Positions 40,687 through 57,100 of a stretch of DNA of 64,000 nucleotides are shown piece by piece (positions within the stretch are counted from its first letter, which is position 1; every line of letters starts with the position of its first letter). The translations under genes and the position numbers were made by a program. This DNA is from Paragordius varius (taxonomy: Eukaryota > Animalia > Nematomorpha). Below the pieces are notes generated by a model. That model did no database searches. It had not been told where the DNA came from and saw nothing but the letters and a program-made list of their open reading frames with translations. The stretch is taken from NCBI GenBank assembly GCA_964247055.1, contig OZ176051.1, positions 7,068,001 to 7,132,000 on the forward strand, written 5' to 3'.

Positions 40687-41654
40687 TATAAATAAGAAAC
40701 AAAATATTATATATCGCGAGCGAATCAAAACCCATTAAAAGAGATGAGAAAAAAAATATTTTTTTCTTAAAAAGTATAAAAATAAATATTTTAAAGTAAG
40801 TTCTTTTTAGGATAATAAAAATATGAAAAACATTGTTCAAAGGTTTTTATTTCACCAAAAAATAAAGTGTGTTTCGTAATTCCCGTCCTATAAAAATACC
40901 CCAAGGTATATTAATTACATAAATTATAAAGATTATATTTTTTAGTAGTGAAAAGACCCACATAAATTTTACATCTCATTTTTTTGTTACCAACAATAAA
41001 GTTACCTTAATTATGATAATTTTATAAAACAAAAAATATGGGGATGATATAAAACTTGTTATGAATTAATTAAGATTGTGAAGAAAAAGCTTTTTACAGC
41101 ATTTGACGATAATATAATGTAACATTTTGCCCAGTATACATTTATTATTTTAGTTAATATATGTTATAATCATTAGGAATCCAAGTCACTGGAAAGCCTT
41201 AAATTAATAATATATTAAAGCTGAATTAATAAATCTATTATTTGCTTTTCATCCAGTCCAAACATTCTAAAATTCTGTATTTATTTTATTTCAAAAGTTT
41301 AGTTTGATAAAAAAGGAAATACGGATTAATCTGACTCAAAAATTTGGATGTGACATATAATTAATAAAATTATAGTTTAAGATTAGGACAATTTAGGAGA
41401 ATGGATTAAATATTAATTGACAATTAGCACATATCTAGCTTTAAATTCAGTAAGTGTGTCCCTTTTAAAGATTAAGTTTAATCTCGAAAACCTAAGTATA
41501 TAAGATTTGCGGTGTTTATATACCTTAAGGTAAAATAACGACATGATAAATAAAAAAGTGATATAGTTTATTCTACTAGATTTGGCTATAAAAGATGTAT
41601 TCAAATCTTACAAATAAATTTGTTGATACTAAGGTTACATAAATGATGTATTCA

Positions 41655-43900
41655 AATCTAACCGTCTGGTGCTTTTCTTTCCCTAGGCGAATATCTTCTT
41701 TCTGGTTCTTTCTCGGTTGTCTTTTTCATTTCGACCTGGGGTTTTTTTCGTTTTCCTTTCTTCGTCTTTGTTCCTCCCCTACTTTCCGATGATTGGTTTC
41801 AATATTAAACTCATCAGTTTGGTTCATCGTTGGACCACCATCATCCCTCTCCACCCTTCGCGACGCCGGTGGGTGTAATTGATCCGCATGTTTGCGAAGG
41901 GTTCCATTTCCATCTTTTGCCGTGCAAGAGGACGTTCCTTCAAAAATTGAACCTTTTCTCCACCTCGTGATTTCTTTCTTTATGTACATGTCTTCGTCCG
42001 GTGTGAAAATTTGATTGGGTATGATGTTGTTATCTAATTGATGGAGGATATTTCTCCAATCCAAAGGTTAATATTTCTATTAAGGAATAAGTTATATGGA
42101 CACTATTTTGTGACGTTATGAACGGTGGAACGATAACCTCATAGAATTTGATTGATTTTTTGTGCTTAAGGCAGTTTGAAATCCATTAGTGATTTATAGT
42201 GTGCTTTTAAGGTGTAAATTCACGTTCAGCAAACCCATTTATTCGTGGATGATAGGGGGCACTGGTGACATGTTTAATGTTTGATCGTTGCAAGTGATGC
42301 AAAATATGAAGCCTTATCAGTAACTATCATTAGCGGAAACCCGTACCTATGTTTGTGGAATTAATATTTTTTAGCAAATCGACTTCAACCCATCTGGAGC
42401 TACTATCGATATCCACCAACCAATCAAACCCATCTATGGCACCGGCAATATCCGGATGTATCCGTTCCCGTATACCCGTATTGAAATCCATTTGTACGTA
42501 AGATAACATTTTATGGTACTCTGGTTTAACTGACACTCCATGCAAGATCTCACATAACTTTCCATGTCTTGGTAAAAACCTGGCCAATTAACCCTACCCC
42601 TGGACTCTTTAATTAAATTTGCCTCCGAATATCAACATGACATACATTTTAAGGTTTCATTGCACAAAGCCGTGGGAATAATAAGGCGATCGCCCTAATA
42701 CAACAATCCATATGATTCTTATATCTCGTTTATACTAAATATCGAATTTGAAATCGGAGCTGATGCATCATAAAATGTAGAGCTCTTAATGTCATCAAAA
42801 ACTCATCCCGTAAAGTATTTTCTTTTATCCGCTCTACATGTAAGTTGACCGTTGTAGTTGATATGCATACTGATTGCTTGCTCCTCCACCTCCTTATTGG
42901 GTACCTCATAGAGTAGATGAATAACCAATCTCCCACATATTCTGAACCATTAATAATTGTTTATTAAAATCATAATCGGCTGTTCCAAGTATCCATCTTA
43001 GTATTATTTTATTGTTAATATTACTTAGACTCTCATATAGCCAAACAATGGCTTATGATCGATTAATAATACGATATTTCTGCCACACACACACATTTTA
43101 AACTTTTCTAGTTTATTTAAAATTACCCTTGCTTCTTTTTCAATCGAAATGTTGTTTTGCCTTCACACATTTACGAGACCCAAAAGCTATCGGCCATCCA
43201 TCACTTGTCATATGTGATCTGCTTCAAATCCTACACAAATGATTCGGGTTAAACGGTATTAAACGTGTTCCCTAACTGATTAACAGATTAGCTTTATCAA
43301 AATTATGTCCCTTTTGTCACCAACACCATTTCTTCGAACCTGTTAGCGCATGTAAATCCGCGATTGTAGCGTCTAAAGATGGAATAAAAGCGTTAAAATT
43401 TAACATTCCCAAGAAAACCGGAGTGATGTCATATTGGTAGATAAGGACAGTTCAAAATTGCTTTTACCCTTTCGTTATCAATTCCTCTGTCTGAAATTAT
43501 AAACCTAAATATGACATTTGGATTTTAACCTTTTAAATTAAACACATAGAAGCTAATTTGTTTACACTTTTACCAAGTTACATTGTGCTCACCGTATTCG
43601 ACTGATGACTCCACATTTGACATCAAAAAAATATTTTCCGAAAAATGAATATTTTGCTTAATATAATATGTGTCCACAAAAAAATATCCTCATACAATAT
43701 ATAGTCTAATGAGGAAATGCATCAGAATTATGATGGTGCTTTCGTTTCGCCCTTAAGAGTGATTTATTGTGGTAGGTGCTCCGCATCGGAAAATGGTAAA
43801 ATTGCGAACATTTTGCTAAAAAAATATATATAAAAATATAGAATGTGCACGTTAAAATACGTTTCTACTTTGGACGTACCCTGAACAATTTTTGTCGCTA
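41655..43900 (-). pseudogene. Gypsy/Ty3 LTR retrotransposon pol remnant (RT C-terminus, RNase H, integrase)
   Basis: Minus-strand fragments in Gypsy order: VKAILNCP...GMLNF (RT connection), PIAFGSR...IEKEA...IDHKPL (RNase H), GDRLIIP (integrase Zn region), ERIHPDIAGAIDGFDWLVDIDSSSRWVEV, IVTDKASYF, IKHVTSAP.HPRINGFAER (integrase core), and terminal YSPRERKAPDG. Many stops and frameshifts; no LTRs recognised. Confidence 0.85.
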
Positions 43901-44039
43901 TTATGTCTATAAATTAAGGTTAATTTATTTTTTGAAAATATATATAACCTTTTAGATTATAGATATGATATTATAAAATATATCTTCCATTATTAAAATT
44001 TATATTATATAGGTTATTATCCTATTACAGTGAAAAAAT

Positions 44040-44920
44040 ATACATGAACAATTTTAGAAACAAACCGGAGCGCAAAAAAATAGATTTGCAACATATGAAA
44101 CGTTTGTTAAGATTTATTGATGAAACAATCGATTTTATAACTTTACAAATTTTTTCTAATGATATAATTAAAAAAAGAGGTGGCGTACATTCACCTAAAT
44201 TATAGGTAGAAATTTCCTTCCGTTAGCGACCCGGGGTTTAAGAATCGGGTGATTAATGACTTTGGTGTAGAACGATTGACCGTAACTAAAACAGTATAGG
44301 TGGCGGAAAAAATTTATGACGTTGCTCATAAATGGATCCGATTTCCATCTGACCAGCTCCAACTAGAAGACGCTAAACAGTTGGCATAAGAATCATAAAC
44401 AGTCATAGGTGATATCGATTGTACTTACATCGACACCATGAGGCCTAAGCGATTTGGAGAGGAATACATTAACAGGAAAGGTCGATACAGCCTTTGTCAA
44501 TTTAACTGTGACGGTGATGAATTCATATCGAGTTTAAACATTAAAATGCAGCGTTCACGATAGTCAAATTTTACGCAAATGTATTATACGTTCTTAGACT
44601 ATTATTGGGTGACAGTGGGTATGGAATTAATTCATATGTAATAACACCAATTAAAAACCCCAACAACCTTATACAATCTAATTTCAATACATTCCACGCC
44701 ATAGTAAGAATAGTTTTGAACTATTTGGTCAACTCAAACGCCGGTTTTTTGCATAATAAAATGCGAATTGGATACAGCAATTATTATAAAGATGGCTAAA
44801 TTTTCAAAGGATGATTATGAAGATGAAGATAATGCGGATAGTGATAGTGATCTTTGAGAAGAAAAAATCTCAGGGCGACAAAAACGAGATAATTTAGTAA
44901 ATATATTAAACGCATATAAT
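44040..44920 (+). pseudogene. PIF/Harbinger (DDE_Tnp_4 / HARBI1-like) transposase remnant
   Basis: Fragments KWIRFPSDQ, VIGDIDCTYI..MRPKRFGEEYINRKGRYS, SVHDSQI, LLGDSGYG...VITPIKNP...FNTFH, FGQLKRRF, and an acidic C-terminal tail. Interrupted by stops and frameshifts. Confidence 0.85.
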
Positions 44921-45154
44921 TTATTAATAATTTTATTATATGATCTCTTTTGTTGCATTGCATTTAGATTGTGAATATGAATATACTATCAACTTTATTA
45001 ATTGAAGAGGTTTGTGATTTTTTAGAGTAAAACTTCTTATTGAAGCAGTAACACTTTATAACGTTATCCCAAAATTTTAATTGCATGATAGCTATCGTGT
45101 TTTGAGACACTTTTTCGGCTTCTTTATATTTTTTTAATTGTAGGTTAAGCATTA

Positions 45155-48100
45155 AGAATATCAAACAATATTCCATCTTCAACCAGTAACACAATTAACT
45201 TACTTGTCCAATAATTTAAAAGTTATATTATATTATACTTATTTTATGAATATCGAACATTATTCCATCATCAACCAGTAATACCTAAAATATTAACTTA
45301 CTTGTCCTAGAATCTAAAAATAATATTATAATATACTTTTAATTAGTAATATCGAACAATATTTCATCATCCACCCGTAATACCTAAAATATCAACTTAC
45401 TTGTCCAAGAATCTATATATTAAAATATACTTTTAATTAGAAATATCGAACAATATTCCATCATCCACCCGTAATACCTAAATATTAACTTACTTGTCTA
45501 AGAAACTAAAAATTATATTAAAATATACTTTTAATTCGGAATATCGAACAATATTTCATCATCCACCCGTAATACCTAAATATTAACTTACTTGTCCAAG
45601 AATCTAAAAATTATATTAAAACATACTTTTAATTAGGAATATCGAACAATATTGTATCATCAACTCGTAATACCTAAAATATTAACTTACTTGTTCAACA
45701 ATCTAAAATTATATTATTAGGAATATCGAACAATAATACAACATCAACCTGTAATACATAAAATATTAACTTTGTCCAAGAATCTAAAAGATATATTTTA
45801 ATATAATTTTAATTATTACGAACAATATTCCATCATAAACCTGTAAAAAATATTAAATTTCTTGTCCAAGAATCTAAAAGATATATTTTAATATACTTTT
45901 AATTATTAATATCGAACAATATTCATCAACCTGTAATACCTAAAATATTAACTTGCTTATCCAAGAATCTAAAATTATATTAACATATACTTTTAATTCG
46001 GAATATCGAACAATATTTCAATCATCACCCTGTAATACCTAAAATATTAACTTACTTGTCCAAGAATATAAAAATTATATTAAAATATACTTTTAATTAG
46101 GAATATCGAACAATATTCCAATCATCCACCCGTAATACCTAAAATATTAGCTTACTTGTCCAAGAATCTAAAAATTATATTAAAATATACTTATAATTCG
46201 GAATATCGAACAATATTCCATCATCCACCCGTAATACCTATTATATTAACTTACTTGTCCAATAATCTAAAAATTATATTAAAATATACTTTTAATTAGG
46301 AATATCGAACAATATTCCATCATCCACCCGTAAAACCTAAATATTAACTTACTTGTCCAAGAATCTAATTATATTAAAATATACTTTTAATTTGGAATAT
46401 CGAACAATATTCCATCATCCACCCGTAATACCTAAATATTAACTTACTTGTCCAAGAATCTAAAAATTATATTAAAATATACTTATAATTCGGAATATCG
46501 AACAATATTCCATCATCCACCCATAATACCTAAATATTAACTTACTTGTCCAAGAATCTAGAAATTATATTAAAATATACTTTTAATTCGGAATATCGAA
46601 CAATATTCCATCATCCACCCGTAATACCTAAATATTAACTTACTTGTCCAAGAATCTAAAAATTATATTAAAATATACTTTTAATTCGGAATATCGAACA
46701 ATATTCCATCATCCACCCCTAATACCTAAATATTAACTTACTTGTCCAAGAATCTAAAAATTATATTAAAATATACTTTTAATTAGGAATATCTAACAAT
46801 ATTGTATCATCAATTCGTAATACCTAAAATATTAACTTACTTGTTCAACAATCTAAAATTATATTATTAGGAATATCGAACAATAATACAAAATCAACCT
46901 GTAATACATAAAATATTAACTTTGTCCAAGAATCTAAAAGATATATTTTAATATAATTTTAATTATTACGAACAATATTCCATCATAAACCTGTAAAAAA
47001 TATTAAATTTCTTGTCCAAGAATCTAAAAGATATATTTTAATATACTTTTAATTATTAATATCGAACAATATTCATCAACCTGTAATACCTAAATATTAA
47101 CTTACTTGTCCAAGAATCTAAAAATTATATTAAAATATACTTTTAATTTGGAATATCGAACAATATTCCATCATCCACCCGTAATACCTAAATATTAACT
47201 TAGTTGTCCAAGAATCTAAAAATTATATTAAAATATACTTTTAATTCGGAATATCGAACAATATTCCATCATCCACCCGTAATACCTAAATATTAACTTA
47301 CTTGTCCAAGAATCTAAAAATTATATTAAAATATACTTTTAATTTGGAATATCGAACAATATTCCATCATCCACCCGTAATACCTAAATATTAACTTAGT
47401 TGTCCAAGAATCTAAAAATTATATTAAAATATACTTATAATTCGGAATATCGAACAATATTCCATCATCCACCCGTAATACCTAAAATATTAACTTACTT
47501 GTCCAAGAAGAATCTAAAAATTATCTTAAAATATACTTTTAATTAGGAAAATCGAACAATATTCCATCATCCACCCGTAATACCTAAATATTAACTTACT
47601 TGTCCAAGAATCTAAAAATTATATTAAAATATACTTTTAATTTGGAATATCGAACAATATTCCATCATCCACCCGTAATACCTAAATATTAACCTACTTG
47701 ACAAGAATCTAAAAATTATATTAAAATATACTTTTAATTCGGAATATCGAAAAATATTCCATCATCCACCCGTAATACCTAAATATTAACTTACTTGTCC
47801 AAGAATCTAAAAATTATATTAAAATATACTTTTAATTTGGAATATCGAACAATATTCCATCATCCACCCGTAATACCTAAATATTAACTTACTTGTCCAA
47901 GAATCTAAAAATTATATTAAAATATACTTTTAATTAGGAATATCGAACAATATTCCATCATCAACCAGTAATACCTAAAATATTAACTTAATTGTCCAAA
48001 AATCTAAAATTATTTTATAATGTACATTTATTTAGGAATATCGAACAATATTCCATCATCCACCCGTAATACCTAAAATATTAACTTACTTCTCGAAATC

Positions 48101-51100
48101 TAAAATTATATTATAATGTACATTTATTTAGGAATATCGAACAATATTCCATCATCAACCAGTAATACCTAACATATTAACTTACTTGTCCAAGAATCTA
48201 AAAATTATATTAAAATATACTTTGAATTTGGAATATCGAACAATATTCCATCATCCACCCGTAATACCTAAATATTAACTTACTTGTCCAAGAATCTAAA
48301 AATTATATTAAAATATACTTATAATTCGGAATATCGAACAATATTCCATCATCCACCCGTAATACCTATATATTAACTTACTTGTCCATAAATCTAAAAA
48401 TTATATTAAAATATACTTTTAATTCGGAATATCGAACAAAATTCCATCATCAACCAGTAATACCTAAAATATTAACTTAATTGTCCAGAAATCTAAAATT
48501 ATTTTATAATATACATTTATTTAGGAATATCGAACAATATTCCATCATCCACCCGTAATACCTAAAATATTAACTTACTTCTCGAAATCTAAAATTATTT
48601 TATAATATACATTTATTTAGGAATATCGAACAATATTCCATCATCAACCAGTGATACCTAAAATATTAACTTACTTGTCCAATAATCTAAAAATTATATT
48701 AAAATATACTTTTAATTCGGAATATCGAACAAAATTCCATCATCAACCCGTAATATCTAAAATATAAACTTACTTGTCCAAGAATCTTAAAGTTATATTA
48801 AAATATACTTTTAATTCGGAATATCGAACAATATTCCATCATCAACCAGTAATACCTAAAATATTAACTTAATTGTCCAGAAATCTAAAATTATTTTATA
48901 ATATACATTTATTTAGGAATATCGAACAATATTCCATCATCCACCCGTAATACCTAAAATATTAACTTACTTCTCGAAATCTAAAATTATTTTATAATAT
49001 ACATTTATTTAGGAATATCGAACAATATTCCATCATCAACCAGTAATACCTAAAATATTAACTTACTTGTCCAAGAATCTAAAAATTATTTTATAATATA
49101 CTTTTAATTCGGAATATCGGACAATATTCCATCATCAACCCGTAATACCTAAAATATTAACTTACTTGTCCAATAATCTAAAAATTATATTAAAATATAC
49201 TTTTAATTCGGAATATCGAACAAAATTCCATCATCAACCCGTAATATCTAAAATATAAACTTACTTGTCCAAGAATCTTAAAGTTATATTATAAAATACT
49301 TTTAATTCGGAATATCGAACAAAATTGCATCATCAACCCGTAATACCTAAAATATTAACTTACTTCTCGAAGAATCTAAAATTATTTTATAATATACATT
49401 TATTTAGGAATATCGAACAATATTCCATCATCAACCCGTAATACCTAAAATATAAACTTACTTGTCCAAGAATCTAACAGTTATATTATAAAATACTTTT
49501 AATTCGGAATATCGAACAATATTCCATCATCCACCCGTAATACCTAAAATATTAACTTACTTGTCCAAGAATCTAAAAATTATTTTATAATATACTTTTA
49601 ATTTGGAATATCGAACAATATTCCATCATCAAATATAATACCTAAAATATTAACTTACTTCTCGAAATCTAAAATTATTTTATAATATACATTTATTTAG
49701 GAATATCGAACAATATTCCATCATCCACCCGTAATACCTAAATATTAACTTACTTGTCCAAGAATCTAAAAGTTATATTAAAATATACTTTTAATTAGGA
49801 ATATCGAGCAATATTCCATCATCCACCCGTAATACCTAAATATTAACTTAATTGTCCAAAAATGTAAAATTATATTAAAATATACTTTTAATTAGGAATA
49901 TCGAACAATATTCCATCATCCACCCGTAATACCTAAATATTAACTTACTTGTCCAAGAATCTAAAAATTATATTAAAATATACTTATAATTCGGAATATT
50001 GAACAATATTCCATCATCCACCCGTAATACCTAAATATTAATTTACTTGTCCAAGAATCTAAAAATTATATTAAAATATACTTTTAATTAGGAATATCGA
50101 ACAATATTCCATCATCCACCCGTAATACATAAATATTAACTTAATTGTCCAAAAATCTAAAATTATATTAAAATATACTTTTAATTAGGAATATCGAACA
50201 ATATTCCATCATCCACCCGTAATACCTAAATATTAACTTACTTGTCCAAGAATCTAAAAATTATATTAAAATATACTTTTAATTAGGAATATCGAACAAT
50301 ATTCCATCATCCACCATAATACCTAAATATTAACTTACTTGTCCAAGAATCTAAAAATTATATTAAAATATACTTTTAATTAGGAATATCGAACAATATT
50401 CCATCATCAACCAGTAATACCTAAAATATTAACTTAATTGTCCAAAAATCTAAAATTATTTTATAATATACATTTATTTAGGAATATCGAACAATATTCC
50501 ATCATCCACCCGTAATACCTAAAATATAACTTACTTCTCGAAATCTAAAATTATTTTATAATATACATTTATTTAGGAATATCGAACAATATTCCATCAT
50601 CAACCAGTAATACCTAAAATATTAACTTACTTGTCCAAGAATCTAAAAATTATATTAAAATATACTTATAATTCGGAATATCGAACAATATTCCATCATC
50701 CACCCGTAATACCTATTATATTAACTTACTTGTCCAATAATCTAAAAATTATATTAAAATATACTTTTAATTAGGAATATCGAACAATATTCCATCATCC
50801 ACCCGTAAAACCTAAATATTAACTTACTTGTCCAAGAATCTAATTATATTAAAATATACTTTTAATTTGGAATATCGAACAATATTCCATCATCCACCCG
50901 TAATACCTAAATATTAACTTACTTGTCCAAGAATCTAAAAATTATATTAAAATATACTTATAATTCGTAATATCGAACAATATTCCATCATCCACCCATA
51001 ATACCTAAATATTAACTTACTTGTCCAAGAATCTAAAAATTATATTAAAATATACTTTTAATTCGGAATATCGAACAATATTCCATCATCCACCCGTAAT

Positions 51101-54100
51101 ACCTAAAATATTAACTTACTTGTCCAAGAAGAATCTAAAAATTATCTTAAAATATACTTTTAATTAGGAAAATCGAACAATATTCCATCATCCACCCGTA
51201 ATACCTAAATATTAACTTACTTGTCCAAGAATCTAAAAATTATATTAAAATATACTTTTAATTTGGAATATCGAACAATATTCCATCATCCACCCGTAAT
51301 ACCTAAATATTAACCTACTTGACAAGAATCTAAAAATTATATTAAAATATACTTTTAATTTGGAATATCGAACAATATTCCATCATCCACCCGTAATACC
51401 TAAATATTAACTTACTTGTCCAAGAATCTAAAAATTATATTAAAATATACTTTTAATTTGGAATATCGAACAATATTCCATCATCCACCCGTAATACCTA
51501 AATATTAACTTACTTGTCCAAGAATCTAAAAATTATATTAAAATATACTTTTAATTTGGAATATCGAACAATATTCCATCATCCACCCGTAATACCTAAA
51601 TATTAACTTACTTGTCCAAGAATCTAAAAATTATATTAAAATATACTTTTAATTAGGAATATCGAACAATATTCCATCATCAACCAGTAATACCTAAAAT
51701 ATTAACTTAATTGTCCAAAAATCTAAAATTATTTTATAATGTACATTTATTTAGGAATATCGAACAATATTCCATCATCCACCCGTAATACCTAAAATAT
51801 TAACTTACTTCTCGAAATCTAAAATTATTTTATAATATACATTTATTTAGGAATATCGAACAATATTCCATCATCAACCAGTAATACCTAACATATTAAC
51901 TTATTTGTCCAAGAATCTAAAAATTATATTAAAATATACTTTGAATTTGGAATATCGAACAATATTCCATCATCCACCCGTAATACCTAAATATTAACTT
52001 ACTTGTCCAAGAATCTAAAAATTATATTAAAATATACTTATAATTCGGAATATCGAACAATATTCCATCATCCACCCGTAATACCTATATATTAACTTAC
52101 TTGTCCATAAATCTAAAAATTATATTAAAATATACTTATAATTCGTTGTCCAAGAATCTAAAAATTATATTAAAATATACTTATAATTAGGAATATCGAA
52201 CAATATTCCATCATCCACCCGTAATACCTAAATATTAACTTACTTGTCCAAGAATCTAAAAATTATATTAAAATATACTTATAATTCGGAATATCGAACA
52301 ATATTCCATCATAGACCCCTAATACCTAAATATTAACTTACTTGTCCAAGAATCTAAAAATTATATTAAAATATACTTTTAATTAGGAATATCGAACAAT
52401 ATTCCATCATCCACCCGTAATACCTAAATATTAATTTACTTGTCCAAGAATCTAAAAATTATATTAAAATATACATTTATTTAGGAATATCGAACAATAT
52501 TCCATCATCCACCCGTAATACCTAAATATTAACTTACTTGTCCAAGAATCTAAAAATTATATTAAAATATACTTTTAATTAGGAATATCGAACAATATTC
52601 CATCATCAACCAGTAATACCTAAAATATTAACTTAATTGTCCAAAAATCTAAAATTATTTTATAATATACATTTATTTAGGAACATCGAAAAATATTCCA
52701 TCATCCACCCGTAATACCTAAAATATTAACTTACTTGTCCAATAATCTAAAAATTATATTAAAATATACTTTTAATTCGGAATATCGAACAAAATTCCAT
52801 CATCAACCCGTAATATCTAAAATATAAACTTACTTGTCCAACAATCTTAAAGTTATATTAAAATATACTTTTAATTCGGAATATCGAACAAAATTCCATC
52901 ATCAACCAGTAATACCTAAAATATTAACTTAATTGTCCAGAAATCTAAAATTATTTTATAATATACATTTATTTAGGAATATCGAACAATATTCCATCAT
53001 CCACCCGTAATACCTAAAATATTAACTTACTTCTCGAAATCTAAAATTATTTTATAATATACATTTATTTAGGAATATCGAACAATATTCCATCATCAAC
53101 CAGTGATACCTAAAATATTAACTTACTTGTCCAATAATCTAAAAATTATATTAAAATATACTTTTAATTCGGAATATCGAACAAAATTCCATCATCAACC
53201 CGTAATATCTAAAATATAAACTTACTTGTCCAAGAATCTTAAAGTTATATTAAAATATACTTTTAATTCGGAATATCGAACAATATTCCATCATCAACCA
53301 GTAATACCTAAAATATTAACTTAATTGTCCAGAAATCTAAAATTATTTTATAATATACATTTATTTAGGAATATCGAACAATATTCCATCATCCACCCGT
53401 AATACCTAAAATATTAACTTACTTCTCGAAATCTAAAATTATTTTATAATATACATTTATTTAGGAATATCGAACAATATTCCATCATCAACCAGTAATA
53501 CCTAAAATATTAACTTACTTGTCCAAGAATCTAAAAATTATTTTATAATATACTTTTAATTCGGAATATCGGACAATATTCCATCATCAACCCGTAATAC
53601 CTAAAATATTAACTTACTTGTCCAATAATCTAAAAATTATATTAAAATATACTTTTAATTCGGAATATCGAACAAAATTCCATCATCAACCCGTAATATC
53701 TAAAATATAAACTTACTTGTCCAAGAATCTTAAAGTTATATTATAAAATACTTTTAATTCGGAATATCGAACAAAATTGCATCATCAACCCGTAATACCT
53801 AAAATATTAACTTACTTCTCGAAGAATCTAAAATTATTTTATAATATACATTTATTTAGGAATATCGAACAATATTCCATCATCAACCCGTAATACCTAA
53901 AATATAAACTTACTTGTCCAAGAATCTAACAGTTATATTATAAAATACTTTTAATTCGGAATATCGAACAATATTCCATCATCCACCCGTAATACCTAAA
54001 ATATTAACTTACTTGTCCAAGAATCTAAAAATTATTTTATAATATACTTTTAATTTGGAATATCGAACAATATTCCATCATCAAATATAATACCTAAAAT

Positions 54101-57100
54101 ATTAACTTACTTCTCGAAATCTAAAATTATTTTATAATATACATTTATTTAGGAATATCGAACAATATTCCATCATCCACCCGTAATACCTAAATATTAA
54201 CTTACTTGTCCAAGAATCTAAAAGTTATATTAAAATATACTTTTAATTAGGAATATCGAGCAATATTCCATCATCCACCCGTAATACCTAAATATTAACT
54301 TAATTGTCCAAAAATGTAAAATTATATTAAAATATACTTTTAATTAGGAATATCGAACAATATTCCATCATCCACCCGTAATACATAAATATTAACTTAC
54401 TTGTCCAAGAATCTAAAAATTATATTAAAATATACTTATAATTCGTTGTCCAAGAATCTAAAAATTATATTAAAATATACTTATAATTAGGAATATCGAA
54501 CAATATTCCATCATCCACCCGTAATACCTAAATATTAACTTACTTGTCCAAGAATCTAAAAATTATATTAAAATATACTTATAATTCGTTGTCCAAGAAT
54601 CTAAAAATTATATTAAAATATACTTATAATTAGGAATATCGAACAATATTCCATCATCCACCCGTAATACCTAAATATTAACTTACTTGTCCAAGAATCT
54701 AAAAATTATATTAAAATATACTTATAATTCGGAATATCGAACAATATTCCATCATCCACCCGTAATACCTAAATATTAACTTACTTGTCCAAGAATCTAA
54801 AAATTATATTAAAATATACTTTTAATTTGGAATATCGAACAATATTCCATCATCCACCCGTAATACCTAAATATTAACTTACTTGTCCAAGAATCTAAAA
54901 ATTATATTAAAATATACTTTCGGAATATCGAAAAATATTCCATCATCCACCCGTAATACCTAAATATTAACTTACTTGTCCAAGAATCTAAAAATTATAT
55001 TAAAATATACTTATAATTCGTTGTCCAAGAATCTAAAAATTATATTAAAATATACTTATAATTAGGAATATCGAACAATATTCCATCATCCACCCGTAAT
55101 ACCTAAATATTAACTTACTTGTCCAAGAATCTAAAAATTATATTAAAATATACTTATAATTCGGAATATCGAACAATATTCCATCATCCACCCGTAATAC
55201 CTAAATATTAACTTACTTGTCCAAGAATCTAAAAATTATATTAAAATATACTTTTAATTTGGAATATCGAACAATATTCCATCATCCACCCGTAATACCT
55301 AAATATTAACTTACTTGTCCAAGAATCTAAAAATTATATTAAAATATACTTTTAATTAGGAATATCGAACAATATTCCATCATCAACCAGTAATACCTAA
55401 AATATTAACTTAATTGTCCAAAAATCTAAAATTATTTTATAATATACATTTATTTAGGAATATCGAACAATATTCCATCATCAACCAGTAATACCTAAAA
55501 TATTAACTTACTTGTCCAAGAATCTAAAAATTATATTAAAATATACTTTTAATTTGGAATATCGAACAATATTCCATCATCCACCCGTAATACCTAAATA
55601 TTAACTTACTTGTCCAAGAATCTAAAAATTATATTAAAATATACTTATAATTCGGAATATCGAACAATATTCCATCATCCACCCGTAATACCTAAATATT
55701 AACTTACTTGTCCAGGAATCTAAAAATTATATTAAAATATACTTATAATTCGTTGTCCAAGAATCTAAAAATTATATTAAAATATACTTATAATTAGGAA
55801 TATCGAACAATATTCCATCATCCACCCGTAATACCTAAATATTAACTTACTTGTCCAAGAATCTAAAAATTATATTAAAATATACTTTTAATTTGGAATA
55901 TCGAACAATATTCCATCATCCACCCGTAATACCTAAATATTAACTTACTTGTCCAAGAATCTAAAAATTATATTAAAATATACTTTTAATTAGGAATATC
56001 GAACAATATTCCATCATCAACCAGTAATACCTAAAATATTAACTTAATTGTTCAAAAATCTAAAATTATTTTATAATGTACATTTATTTAGGAATATCGA
56101 ACAATATTCCATCATCAATCCGTAATACCTAAAATATTAACTTACTTGTGTAAGAATCTAAAATTTATATTAAAATATACTTTTAATTAGGAATATCGAG
56201 CAATATTCCATCACGTAATACCTAAATATTAATTTACTTGTCCAAGAATCTAAAAATTATATTAAAATATACTTTTAATTCGGAATATCGAACAATATTC
56301 CATCATCAACCAGTAATACCTAAATATTAACTTACTTGTCCAAGAATCTAAAAATTATATTAAAATATACTTATAATTCGGAATATTGAACAATATTCCA
56401 TCACGTAATACCTAAATATTAATTTACTTGTCCAAGAATCTAAAAATTATATTAAAATATACTTTTAATTAGGAATATCGAACAATATTCCATCATCCAC
56501 CCGTAATATCTAAATATTAACTTACTTGTCCAAGAATCTAAAAATTATATTAAAATATACTTTTAATTCGGAATATCGAACAATATTCCATCATCAACCA
56601 GTAATACCTAAAATATTAACTTACTTGTCCAAGAATCTAAAAATTATATTAAAATATACTTATAATTCGGAATATTGAACAATATTCCATCACGTAATAC
56701 CTAAATATTAATTTACTTGTCCAAGAATCTAAAAATTATATTAAAATATACTTTTAATTAGGAATATCGAGCAATATTCCATCACGTAATACCTAAATAT
56801 TAACTTACTTGTCCAAGAATCTAAAAATTATATTAAAATATACTTATAATTCGGAATATCGAACAATATTCCATCATCAACCAGTAATACCTAAATATTA
56901 ACTTACTTGTCCAAGAATCTAAAAATTATATTAAAATATACTTATAATTCGGAATATTGAACAATATTCCATCACGTAATACCTAAATATTAATTTACTT
57001 GTCCAAGAATCTAAAAATTATATTAAAATATACTTTTAATTAGGAATATCGAACAATATTCCATCATCCACCCGTAATACCTAAATATTAACTTACTTGT

